Shown here: in pieces, positions 32,968 through 42,742 of the stretch
Layout of the letters: every line of letters starts with the position of its first letter
Numbering within the stretch: position 1 is the stretch's first letter
Assembly (NCBI GenBank): GCA_963751275.1
Contig: CAVVTZ010000009.1
Coordinates: 416,001 to 480,000 of the forward strand
Direction: 5' to 3'
From: an uncultured Gemmatimonadaceae bacterium
Lineage (GTDB): Bacteria > Gemmatimonadota > Gemmatimonadetes > Gemmatimonadales > Gemmatimonadaceae
Length of the DNA stretch: 64,000 bases
The notes under the pieces: model-generated
Database searches by the model: none
Told to the model about the DNA's origin: nothing
What the model saw: the letters and a program-made list of their open reading frames with translations, nothing else
Position numbers and translations under genes: made by a program

Positions 32968-33549
32968 ATGGACCTGAATGCGCTGTTCGCGCTGCCGTGG
33001 GGACCGGTGCTCATCTTCGGGCTCCGCATCTGCGACGTGTCGCTCGACACGCTGCGCGTGCTGTTCGCGGTGCGCGGCGCGCGGTGGGTCGCGTCCGGGC
33101 TCGGCTTCTTCCAGGCCCTCATCTGGATCTTCGCCGTCGGCAACGCGATGAAGCATCTCGACAGCGTGTGGCACGTGCTCGGCTACGCCGGCGGTTTCGC
33201 GGCCGGCACGCTCGTGGGCGTGATGATCGAAGGCTATCTCGCGTACGGCCTGGCCACCGTGCACATCATCTCGCGCCACGGCGGCGTGGAGATCGCGGAG
33301 GCGATGCGCGAGCGCGGATTCGGCGTGACCGAGGTGCCGGGGTTCGGGCGCGACGGCGGCGTGGAGCTCGTGCAGAGCGTGGTGCAGCGCCAGTACCTCG
33401 AGGAGATCTCGCGGATCGTGGAGCGGTGGGACCCCGACGCGTTCGTGACCGTGGAGGAGCCGCGGATCCTGCGCGGCGGAAGCATCGTGGGCCGGCGCAA
33501 GATGAACTTCCCGTGGCGGCAGGATCGCGGGGGGCGTGAGGGTTCGTGA
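32968..33549 (+). CDS. UPF0316/DUF2179-type membrane protein
   Basis: LRICDVSLDTLR, YAGGFAAGTLVG, GFGVT..G.GRDG, DPDAFVT. Confidence 0.8.
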   Translation: MDLNALFALPWGPVLIFGLRICDVSLDTLRVLFAVRGARWVASGLGFFQALIWIFAVGNAMKHLDSVWHVLGYAGGFAAGTLVGVMIEGYLAYGLATVHIISRHGGVEIAEAMRERGFGVTEVPGFGRDGGVELVQSVVQRQYLEEISRIVERWDPDAFVTVEEPRILRGGSIVGRRKMNFPWRQDRGGREGS

Positions 33550-33653
33550 TGGTGCAACAAAGGCTCGCGCTGATACGTAACCATCACTAGAATTCGCGCT
33601 GCCCGCGGTCCGCGGGCGATCAGCGCTCCAGGCCTGAAACCAGGGAGACCCGC

Positions 33654-35944
33654 ATGACGTTCCGATCCGTCCGATCCATTGGCGTGGCTGTCCTCGCGAT
33701 CCTCGCTCTATCCGCGGTCCCGCGCGCGGCGCACGCCGCCGTCGCCGGCGACTCGCTGCGAGGCGTCGTGCACGACACCGCCGGCAAACCGCTCGACGCG
33801 GCGACGATCACGATCGTCGAGCTGTCGCGCTCCGTCACGAACAACGCCGATGGCGCGTTCGTCTTCCCCGATATCGCGCCGGGCCGGTACACGCTCAGCG
33901 TGCGGCGCCTCGGCTATGCCACGACGAGCGCCACCGCCAGCGTTCCGATGGCGGCGCCGCTGGTGATCGAGCTGCACGTCTCGGCGCTGCGGCTCGCGCC
34001 GGTGACGGTGACCGCCGCGCGGAAGCCGACCGATCCGATGGATTCCCCGATGCCGGTGGGCGATGTGCCCGCCGACGCGCTGCGCCGCGATGCCTCGGTG
34101 TCGCTCGCGCACGCGCTCGACGGCACGGTGGGCGTACGCGACATCACGACGGGCCAGCAGGTGGGCACGCCGGTGATCCGCGGGCTCTCGGGGCCGAGCG
34201 TGCTCGTGCTCGACAACGGGCTGCGCCTCGAGGATTATTCCTGGAGCACCGAGGACGGCCCGTCGGTGGACCCGCGCACGGCGGACAACGTGGAAGTCAT
34301 CGCGGCCCCGCGAGTCTCATGTACGGCTCCAACGCGCTGGGCGGCGTGATGAACGTGATCAATCCGCCGGTGCCGAACGCGATCGGGATCTCGCCCTTCG
34401 TCAACGCGGGCGCCGAGATCTACGGCGCGACGAACAACAATGAGTACGGCGGCATTTTGCGGCTCGAGGGCGCGAGCGGCGCGTTCGGCTGGGCGGCCAC
34501 CGGCATCGGGCGGAAGGCGGGGAATTTCCAGACGCCCACCGGGAATCCGCAGACGCCCACCGGCGACATCTACGACACCGGCTACGACGCGCTCAACGGC
34601 AACATCGCGGTCGGGCTCACCGGCGAGAAGTCATCGGGCACGCTGCGCTTCGAACATTACGGCGGGAACTTCGGTTTGCTCGATGGGCCGCCGGTGGAGG
34701 ACGACAATACGAGCGGACCGCTGCGCAAGCTGCAGGACAATCGCGTCCAGGCGGCGGGCAACTTCATCACGGGCGATCAATCCCGCATCGACGCGAAGAT
34801 CCAGTGGCAGGGGCATTCGCTGATCGAGGTCGTGGGCGACAGCCGCGTCGGGAACGACCAGCCGCCGATCGATCTGTACTTGAACACGTTCACGGCGGAC
34901 GTCGCGCTGCATCAGGAGCAGAGCCGGTGGCTCACGGGCACCGTCGGCGTCTCCGGGATGTACCAGACGAACAGCACGACGGGCGTGGATCCCCTCGTGC
35001 CCGACGCGACGACGTCCAACGCCGCGCTCTTCGGCTTCGAGAACTACACAAAGGGACAGTGGAGCTTCCTCGCCGGCCTTCGCGGCGACCTCGGCGAGAT
35101 CCATAACCAGGCGAACGCGGACTTGGCGCTCGACGCAGGGTCGCACTCCCAGAACGCGGTGACGGGCGATGTGGGCGTGGTCTACCGGCCGGTGCCGCAG
35201 CTGGCGTTCTCGTTCAACCTCGGCCGCGCGTACCAGGCGCCGACGTTGCTGCAGTACTACGCGAACGGTCCGCTGCCGGCGGAAGGGCAGTATCTCATCG
35301 GCTTGCCGAGCGCCGTGCCGCAGGTGACGCTGGACATCGACGCCGGCATCCGCTGGGAGAGCCCGAAGTTCAAGGCCGAGCTCTCGCTGTACCGCAATTC
35401 GATCGATCACTATCTGTTCGTGCAGGCGACGGGCGACAGCATCGCGGTGCCGAACGACGCGGGATGCTGCGACACGCTGCCGGTCTATCAGACGATGCAG
35501 ACCTCGCATGCGACGCTCACCGGTCTCGATCTGTCGGCGGAGTGGGCGGCGATGCCGATCCTCACCGTGCGCGGCCGCTTCGATCTCGTGAACGGCGAGA
35601 ATGACGCGATCCATTCGCCCCTCCCCTTGATGCCGCCGCAGCGCGGCGATCTCGAGGTGGAATTGCACACGCCGGACACGCGCATGATGTATGTCTCGCT
35701 CGGCACGCACATCGTGGCGGCACAGACGCGGCTGGCGGCGTACGATGTGCCGGAGCCCGCCTATACGATCTTCGAAGCCGCGGCCGGGATCTCGAGGATG
35801 CTCGGCGGGAGGATGTATTCGCTTGATATCCGGTGCACGAATCTCACGGATGTCACGTATACGGATTTCTTGAGTCGGTATAAGACGTTCGCGTATGCGC
35901 CGAGTCGGAATGTGATTTTCCGGCTTTCCATGCCGATCAACTGA
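33654..35944 (+). CDS. TonB-dependent receptor (frameshift near 34300)
   Basis: Signal peptide, carboxypeptidase-regulatory-like N-domain, plug (PVIRGLSG, YGSNALGGVMN), barrel ending NLTDVTYTDFLSRYK...RN. Confidence 0.9.
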
Positions 35945-35961
35945 TCGACGAACTTCTGACC

Positions 35962-36190
35962 GGCCACCTGCGCATTGAGGGTTGCAGTAAACAGCCAACA
36001 GTCACGAGTACCTGCCAGTCGACAGTCGACAGTCGACAGTCAACAGCTCACAGAGAACGGATCACGATTGGGCGCTACGCGTCTCGCCGAATCGTGATCC
36101 GTTTTCTGTGAGCTGTTGACTGTTGACTGTCAGACTGGCGGTCACTAGCGACTGTTGCCTGTTTACTGCAATTCTCCCGGCCTGGTGGCC
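35962..36190. repeat. ~190-230 bp imperfect palindrome with heptamer tandem repeats
   Basis: TTGCAGTAAACAG (35982) pairs with CTGTTTACTGCAA (36171); inner CAGTCAACAGCTCACAGAGAACGGATCACGATT / AATCGTGATCCGTTTTCTGTGAGCTGTTGACTG; (CAGTCGA)x3 at 36016-36036. Confidence 0.85.
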
Positions 36191-37470
36191 TATGCCGTTC
36201 GCTTCAAGAGTCTGTCGAGATAGTGCACATACTCATCGAACTGGACATAAGTAGAATGCCGCGCGGTATTCATATACCTGATCCCGCCCTTGAGATCCGG
36301 CATTTCCTCCCGCCTCATCGCATCCAACTTCGCCGCCCGCTCCGGCGCCGCGCTCTTGAACGCAAGATATCGCGCCACCAACTCCGCCTGCCTCGAGACC
36401 ACGGGATACGCCGCCCCATCCGTCTCGAACAATCCGATCACGAATAATCCGTCATACTTCCGCGCGAACACATTCAACCATAACCCGCTCGCGCCCTCCC
36501 CAAGCTTCACTCCGCCCGCATCCAGGAACGGCATCGCCGACGTATAGCCCGTCGCGTAGACGATCATATCGATCTCTTCTTCGCTGCCGTCCGTGAACCG
36601 CACGCGGCGTCCCTTCAATTCCGCGATGTCCGGCTTCACCGTCACGTCGCCGTGCTGCAGCGCGTGCACGAGCTGGCTGTTCACGATGGGATGCGTCTCG
36701 AGCACCTTGTGATCCGGCTTCGGGATGCCGAAGCGCGTCACGTCGCCCACGAGCAGGCGCAGCAGCAGCGTGAGCGCGGGCTGCGCGATGCGCGGCGGGA
36801 TGTGCGGGCCGCTGCGGAAGAACGCGTCGGTGGGCTGGCCGAAGATGTGCTTGGGCAGGAAATAGTATCCGCGCCGCATCGACAGGAACGCCGCGCGGCC
36901 GCGCGCCGCGGCATCGCACACGATGTCACAACCCGAATTCCCGGCGCCCACCACGAGCACGCGCTTGCCGTCGAACTGCGACGCCGTGTCATAGTCCTTG
37001 GCGTGGAGCACCGCGCCGTCGAATCGTCCCGCGTACGCCGGCATCACCGGATCCCAGTTGTGCCCGGGCGCGGCGACCAGCGCGGCGTAGTCGCGCGTCT
37101 CGCCGCCGCGCAGCGTCACCCGCCAGCCGCCGTCGCGCGGCTCGGCGCGCTCCACGGTCACGCCGAAGCGGATGCTCCCGCGCAGCTGGTGATGGTCCGC
37201 GTACGCGCGAATGTATTCGAGGATCTTCGCGCGTGCTGGATAGTCCGCGTACCGCTCCGGCATCGGGAATCCCTCGAACGCCGACTGCGTGCGCGAACTG
37301 ATGAAATGCGCGCTCTCGTACATCGGCGTGCCGGCGTTCGCCATGTCCCAGATGCCGCCCACATCGCCGTGGCGCTCGAGTACCTCGAAGTCGATCCCGT
37401 GCGCCTTGAGCGCCGCCGCGGCCGCCAGTCCCGATGGACCGGCGCCGATCACGCCGACCTTCGCGCTCAT
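36190..37470 (-). CDS. Flavin-containing monooxygenase (class B)
   Basis: VIGAGPSG, FxGxxxHxxxY fingerprint (FDGAVLHAKDY), VVGAGNSG, YATGY. Confidence 0.9.
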   Translation of the reverse strand: MSAKVGVIGAGPSGLAAAAALKAHGIDFEVLERHGDVGGIWDMANAGTPMYESAHFISSRTQSAFEGFPMPERYADYPARAKILEYIRAYADHHQLRGSIRFGVTVERAEPRDGGWRVTLRGGETRDYAALVAAPGHNWDPVMPAYAGRFDGAVLHAKDYDTASQFDGKRVLVVGAGNSGCDIVCDAAARGRAAFLSMRRGYYFLPKHIFGQPTDAFFRSGPHIPPRIAQPALTLLLRLLVGDVTRFGIPKPDHKVLETHPIVNSQLVHALQHGDVTVKPDIAELKGRRVRFTDGSEEEIDMIVYATGYTSAMPFLDAGGVKLGEGASGLWLNVFARKYDGLFVIGLFETDGAAYPVVSRQAELVARYLAFKSAAPERAAKLDAMRREEMPDLKGGIRYMNTARHSTYVQFDEYVHYLDRLLKRTA

Positions 37471-38813
37471 TGCAGGCCGATGGCGATCGCGATGTAGATC
37501 GACACGAGCGCGCCGGCGATCAGGATCGCCACCACCGGCAGCGCGAACCGCATCCACTTGTCGAACGGCACGCCCGCCGCCGCGATCACCGCCATCAACG
37601 CGCCATTCGTCGGCGTGAGCAGTTCGCACAGCCCCGCGCCCGTCTGGTACGCGAGCACGGTCACCTGCCGCGACATCCCAAGCAGGTCCGAGAGCGGCAC
37701 GAGCACGGGCATCGTCAGCGCGGCCTGCCCGCTCACGCTCGGCACCGCCACGTGGATCAGCCCCTGCACGGCCACCATCCCCGTCGCGCTCGCGGCGATC
37801 GGCAGATGCGCCAGCGGCGTGAACAGTCCGTGCACGATGGTGTCCATCACCAGGCCCTGCTGCAGCACTACACTGATGACACGCGCGAAGCCGATCAGCA
37901 GGCTCGCGTACGCCATCGAGCGGAACCCTTCGGCGAACCCTTCCGCGGTACCGCCCAGGCCGAGTCCGCCCACGATCCCGCCAACGATGCCGAGCGCCAG
38001 GAAGAGCGCGCCCATCTCCTCGAAACCCCAATCGCCGACCGTGACGCCCCACACGAAGAACCCGAGTGCCGCGACGGTGATGATCATCACGGCGCGCGTG
38101 CGAGCGCTCGCCGTGCCGGCCGGCGGCTCGTCCGCCATCTCGACGGGTGCGCCGCGGGTGCGCTGCGCGTGCCGCATCGTGGCCGCGGTCCAGAGGCCGA
38201 GCGCGAGCACGACCATCACGAGCCGGAACCCGAACGCCGATCCCACCGGCAGGCCGGCCAGCTTCTGCGCGATCACCGCCTGGAACGGATTCGCCGGGCT
38301 GAACGCCGAACCCACCATCGCCGCGCCCACGCTCATGGCCGCCGCGGTGAGCGCGTCGAAGCCCGCGCGGCGCGTGACGAAGAGCAAGACTGGAATGAGC
38401 GCGATGATCTCCTCCTGCATGTTCTCCACCGCGCCCAGGAACCCGAACACCACGCAGAACACCGGGATCGTGAGCATCTCGCGCCCGCCGAGCGCATCCG
38501 AGAGGCCATCGACCGCGCCACGCAACGCGCCGGTGCGGTCGAGCACGAGCAGCGCGCCGCCGGCGAGGAAGACGAAGAAGATCACGTCGGCGCCCGCCGC
38601 GAGTCCCTTCGGCACCGCCACGAGCGAGCCGGCCAGACTCACCGGCGCGGCCGGCACCGCGTGATACGTGCCGTTCACCACGACGGTCTTGCCCGACACC
38701 GGATCATCGCGCCGCTCGTACGCGCCGGCTGGGAGGATCCACGTGAGCGCGGCGGCGAGGAAGATGCCGCCAGTGAGGAGCACGAGCGGATGGGGCATGA
38801 CGAATTTCTTCAT
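37467..38813 (-). CDS. YfcC/DcuC-family membrane transporter
   Basis: MPHPLVLL..LTWILPAGAYER, NPF..VIAQ, VPSVSGQA, LLTPTNG motifs; multiple TM helices. Confidence 0.85.
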   Translation of the reverse strand: MKKFVMPHPLVLLTGGIFLAAALTWILPAGAYERRDDPVSGKTVVVNGTYHAVPAAPVSLAGSLVAVPKGLAAGADVIFFVFLAGGALLVLDRTGALRGAVDGLSDALGGREMLTIPVFCVVFGFLGAVENMQEEIIALIPVLLFVTRRAGFDALTAAAMSVGAAMVGSAFSPANPFQAVIAQKLAGLPVGSAFGFRLVMVVLALGLWTAATMRHAQRTRGAPVEMADEPPAGTASARTRAVMIITVAALGFFVWGVTVGDWGFEEMGALFLALGIVGGIVGGLGLGGTAEGFAEGFRSMAYASLLIGFARVISVVLQQGLVMDTIVHGLFTPLAHLPIAASATGMVAVQGLIHVAVPSVSGQAALTMPVLVPLSDLLGMSRQVTVLAYQTGAGLCELLTPTNGALMAVIAAAGVPFDKWMRFALPVVAILIAGALVSIYIAIAIGLQ

Positions 38814-38846
38814 GGCGCAGAATCTCGCCGCCGCGCCGTGCCGACG

Positions 38847-39545
38847 CTATCCCCCGCTGCGGCCGAGTCCGAACCGCGTGACCACACGCTCCGCGCTCAG
38901 CGGCCCGCCGTGGCCGACGTAGAACTTGCGCGTGCCTGCCGCGAGCACGGCGCGCAGCGAGCGTTTGGCCTGGGCGGCGTCGTCCTGGAAGTACGCGACG
39001 TTCGGCACAGCGCGCCGCACGAGTCCGCCCACGAATCCGCCCATGAGCAGGTCGCCGACGATCGCTTCGCCATTCGGCAGGATCAGCGAGATGGATCCGG
39101 CCGTGTGGCCCGGCGTTTCCATGATGTGCGCGTCGAGGCCGAGGTCGCTGAGGGAGCGCGGGCCGTCGAGCACGAGATCGGGATGCGTGGGCTCGCCGCG
39201 CGCGCCTTGCACGATGGGCGCCGCGAGGCGCGCGATGAATCCGGTGGGACGCAGCGGCGCGTTCTGTCCCAGCCGCAGCATCTCGGCGTCGGCGGTATGG
39301 ATGGCGATCGGCGCGCCGGTGCGGCGGCGGATCTCCGCGGCCGCGCCGGTGACGGGCAGATGCCCGTGCGTGAGGAGGATGAGCGCGAGCGTGTGCGGTT
39401 CGACGCCCTTGCCATGGATCGCCGCGAGGATGCGATCGGCGTCGCCGGGAGGGCCCGTGTCCACGAGGATCGGCCGGTCGCCGCGCACGAGGTACGCGTT
39501 GGAGAACGTGAGCCGGAGCGTGTGGACGCTGGCGAGGTCGGTCAT
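38847..39545 (-). CDS. MBL-fold metallo-hydrolase
   Basis: SNAYLV, LVDTG, THGH, TPGHTAGS, VGDLL, GHG; HxHxDH motif is incomplete. Confidence 0.8.
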   Translation of the reverse strand: MTDLASVHTLRLTFSNAYLVRGDRPILVDTGPPGDADRILAAIHGKGVEPHTLALILLTHGHLPVTGAAAEIRRRTGAPIAIHTADAEMLRLGQNAPLRPTGFIARLAAPIVQGARGEPTHPDLVLDGPRSLSDLGLDAHIMETPGHTAGSISLILPNGEAIVGDLLMGGFVGGLVRRAVPNVAYFQDDAAQAKRSLRAVLAAGTRKFYVGHGGPLSAERVVTRFGLGRSGG

Positions 39546-39639
39546 TCACTGGATACGTTGGATGCATCCGGGCTGGACGGCAACTGCAGACTGAGACGTT
39601 AGACTGAGACGTTAGAATGCAACTGCACAGGAGCGAGCC

Positions 39640-40026
39640 ATGGCGAATTCGATCAAGCAGACCGTCACGCTCAAGGCGCGGCCGGCGGTGGTGTATCGGA
39701 TGCTCACGGATGCGCGCGCGCACACGAAGTTCACGGGGGCGCCGTCGATCATCGATAAGCGGCCGGGCGGGGCGTTCAACGTCTGGGGCGGCTATGTGAA
39801 GGGTTTCAACGTGGAGCTCGTGCCGGGCAAGCGGATCGTGCAAGCGTGGCGAGGGAGTGACTGGCCCAAGGGGGCGTGGTCGATCATCACGTACGAGCTG
39901 CGTCCCAAGAAGGGCGGGAAGACCGAGATCACGTTCACCCAGCACGGCGCGCCGCCCTCGCAGGTGGCGCATCTGAAGGACGGGTGGAAATCGAACTACT
40001 GGGATCTCATGAAGGCCGCGATCTAG
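39640..40026 (+). CDS. SRPBCC/AHSA1-like protein
   Basis: VY..LTD, GG.F, LVPGKRIVQAWR, GWKSNYW; AGGAG SD. Confidence 0.88.
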   Translation: MANSIKQTVTLKARPAVVYRMLTDARAHTKFTGAPSIIDKRPGGAFNVWGGYVKGFNVELVPGKRIVQAWRGSDWPKGAWSIITYELRPKKGGKTEITFTQHGAPPSQVAHLKDGWKSNYWDLMKAAI

Positions 40027-40642
40027 GGGAAGTGATGCCGCTCGATCCACTCGGCGGCTGAGATCGCGAGCCGCATTGCGTGTTCCACACGGCCATCCTT
40101 CTCCACCGTCACGGTCTCGACGCTCCGCATGCCGAGTTTGTCGAGCACGCGTCCTGACGCCGGATTCCGGACGAAGTGGCGCGCCGTGACGCGATCGAGG
40201 GCGAGTCCTTCGCCGAACCCATGATTGAGAACGGCCGCCGCCGCTTCGGTCGCGTAGCCGCGGTTCCAGTACGGCACTCCGATCCAGTAGCCGACTTCCG
40301 CCTCCCGCCCATCCGCGGCGATCTCCAGCCCGACCGCTCCGACGAGCGCGCCACTCTGTCGCTCGATGATGGCGAACACGTTCGCCACGTGTGCCGCCAA
40401 GAGCGTGGAGTGCGTGCCGATCCACGCAGCGCCGGCGCCCGCGGGGTAGGGGTGCGGGATCCCAAGAGCGTGGAGTGCGTGCCGATCCACGCAGCGCCGG
40501 CGCCCGCGGGGTAGGGGTGCGGGATGCGCAGTGTCGTGTCCGAGACCAGCCGGTCCCCCGCGAGGCGCTCCACATCCGGTGCATCGCTCATTTCGAATGG
40601 GCGAAGGATGAGCCGCTCGGTGGTCAGCGTTGCCTGGATCAT
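40023..40642 (-). pseudogene. RimJ/RimL-type GNAT acetyltransferase interrupted by a 65-bp-period tandem duplication
   Basis: [45 protein letters not shown]; 40397-40460 is identical to 40462-40525 and shifts the frame. Could be an assembly artefact. Confidence 0.7.
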
Positions 40643-40695
40643 GCCATAATCATATCAGACGAGGGGACCGCGCGCGGGGCGTTAACTTTCCTCGC

Positions 40696-41238
40696 ATGAC
40701 ACGAACGTTCCTGCTCGCCGGCGCCCTGCTCCTCGCGCCGATCCTCGCCGCCGCCCAGGTCATGACCGCTGATACTGCACACTTCCCGATCGTGGAGGGG
40801 AAGAACCTCCAGGAGCGCGTGCTGCACTTGCCCGCCGACTTCGACGGCGAACGCAATCTCGTCCTGATCGCATTCCAGCGCGCGCAGCAAGCCGACGTGG
40901 ACACGTGGATGCCGTTCGCGCGATCGCTCGCGTCGCGCGACAGCTCGCTGCGCTACTACGAACTGCCGACGCTCGGCCGCCGCTACTCGGTCATCCGCGG
41001 CTGGATCGATGGCGGCATGCGCGGCGGCATTCCCGACACCGCCGCCCGCGCGCGCACGATCACGCTCTACATCGACAAGTTCCCCTTCCGGCAGGCGCTC
41101 GGACTCGGCAAGGAGGACTCGATCTACGCCGTGCTGGTGGACCGGGCCGGCAAGATATACTGGCGCGCGAGCGGCGCGTACTCCGAGAAGCTGGGTGCGG
41201 AGCTCGAGAGCATTCTCGGTTTGAGCGGGCCGCGGTAG
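40696..41238 (+). CDS. Exported thioredoxin-like (ATP10-like) hypothetical protein
   Basis: Signal peptide; LPADF..LVLIAFQR..Q.DVDTW and LVDRAGKIYWRASG patterns; no CxxC. Confidence 0.65.
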   Translation: MTRTFLLAGALLLAPILAAAQVMTADTAHFPIVEGKNLQERVLHLPADFDGERNLVLIAFQRAQQADVDTWMPFARSLASRDSSLRYYELPTLGRRYSVIRGWIDGGMRGGIPDTAARARTITLYIDKFPFRQALGLGKEDSIYAVLVDRAGKIYWRASGAYSEKLGAELESILGLSGPR

Positions 41239-41318
41239 TCGCTCGGCGGGTGCACCGCTCTCGCAGCACGCCGGGGTCCGCCCTTCCCGCCGCTCACATC
41301 GCCCTGTAGTTCTCCCCG

Positions 41319-42713
41319 ATGCAAGCCGACATCGCGGAGGTCCAATCCCATTCCTCCGCCCTGCGCAGGGAGGTCGGCCTCGGCGCGCTCGTGCTCACGC
41401 AGATCATGTACGTCGTGGGCACCGGCTGGGTCGGCACCGCCGCGAAACTCGGGCACGGGCACACGATCTACTGGCTGCTCGCGCTCTCGCTGTTCTTCCT
41501 GCCGCAGGCGGCGGTGGTCATCTGGTTGAATCGCCTGATGCCGCTCGAGGGCGGGCTCTATCAATGGGCGAAGCTCGGCTTCAATGATTTCACCGGCTTC
41601 CTCACGGCGTGGAATCTCTGGGTGTACGCGATCGTCATCCTCTCGGCGTTCGGGCTCATCGTTGCGCGGAACCTCGCACCGCTGATCGGCGCACCGCCCT
41701 TCACCGACACGCGCGCCTACGCGGCCGCCGTCACCATCGCGCTGATCGTCGGCGTGGCGTTCGTCACCGTGCTCGGCCTGCGCGTGGGGAAATGGATTCA
41801 GGGGATCGGCGGCGTCGCGCAGCTCGCGGCGTTCTCGGCGCTCATCGCCGCGCCCTTCATCGCGATGCACCGCGGCGTGGCGGTCGATCCGCACCCGGTG
41901 GAGTTCGTGCTCCCCGCGATGTCGCTGCTCACGCTGAACATCTTCGGGAAGATGGCGATGGGCGCGTTCAGCGGACTCGAATACGTCGCGCTGATGGCCG
42001 GCGAGACGAAGGACCCGGCGCGGTCCATCGCGCGCTCGGTGATGATCTCGACGCCGATCATCGGCGCCTTGTTCATCTTCGGCACGGCGAGCGTGGTCGC
42101 GCTCACGCCCAGGAATTCGATCGATCTCATCGCCCCGGTGCCACAGGCGTTGCTGCTCGGCTGGACCGCCAGCGGCGTGGGCGGCGCCGTAGTGATGTCC
42201 GTGACCGCGATGCTAGTGATCCGCCTGTTGGCGAACGTGAGCTTCATCTTCGCGGGGAATTCGCGGCTGCCCATGGTCGCGGGTTGGGACGGGCTCCTTC
42301 CCGCGTGGTTCACCCGCTTGCATCCGCGCTGGCGCACGCCGCGCAACGCGATCCTCTTCGTGGCCGGCGTGGTGCTGGTGTTCGCCGCGCTCGGTCTCGC
42401 CGACGCGGGCCAGCAGGAAGCCTTCCAGCTGCTCGACAGCGCCGGCGGCATCCTGTACGCCGTGAGTTATCTCGTGATGTTCGCGCTCCCGCTGTTCGCG
42501 CCGGCGCGACTCGGCGCGCGGCCGCCGCTCTGGCTCCGGCTCGCCGCGTTCTCGGGATTCTCGGTCACGCTGCTGTACACGGTGCTGAACGTCTTCCCGA
42601 TCATCGACGTCCCGAACCCGCTCGCGTTCACGGTGAAGATCGTGGCCGTGATCCTGCTCGCGAACCTGGTGGGTGTCGGCCTGTTCTTCACCTCGCGGCG
42701 CAGCCGCGAGTAA
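41319..42713 (+). CDS. APC family amino acid permease
   Basis: About 12 TM helices; EGGLYQWAK, AFSGLE...AGETKDP, LP.WF.RLHPRWRTP. Confidence 0.9.
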   Translation: MQADIAEVQSHSSALRREVGLGALVLTQIMYVVGTGWVGTAAKLGHGHTIYWLLALSLFFLPQAAVVIWLNRLMPLEGGLYQWAKLGFNDFTGFLTAWNLWVYAIVILSAFGLIVARNLAPLIGAPPFTDTRAYAAAVTIALIVGVAFVTVLGLRVGKWIQGIGGVAQLAAFSALIAAPFIAMHRGVAVDPHPVEFVLPAMSLLTLNIFGKMAMGAFSGLEYVALMAGETKDPARSIARSVMISTPIIGALFIFGTASVVALTPRNSIDLIAPVPQALLLGWTASGVGGAVVMSVTAMLVIRLLANVSFIFAGNSRLPMVAGWDGLLPAWFTRLHPRWRTPRNAILFVAGVVLVFAALGLADAGQQEAFQLLDSAGGILYAVSYLVMFALPLFAPARLGARPPLWLRLAAFSGFSVTLLYTVLNVFPIIDVPNPLAFTVKIVAVILLANLVGVGLFFTSRRSRE

Positions 42714-42742
42714 GTGGTGAGCGAATCCCGAATCCCGAGCCG

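Noticed and set aside
36016..36043. Possible CRISPR array among the tandem repeats
   Set aside because: Units are 7-21 bp with no unique spacers, and there are no cas genes in the window.
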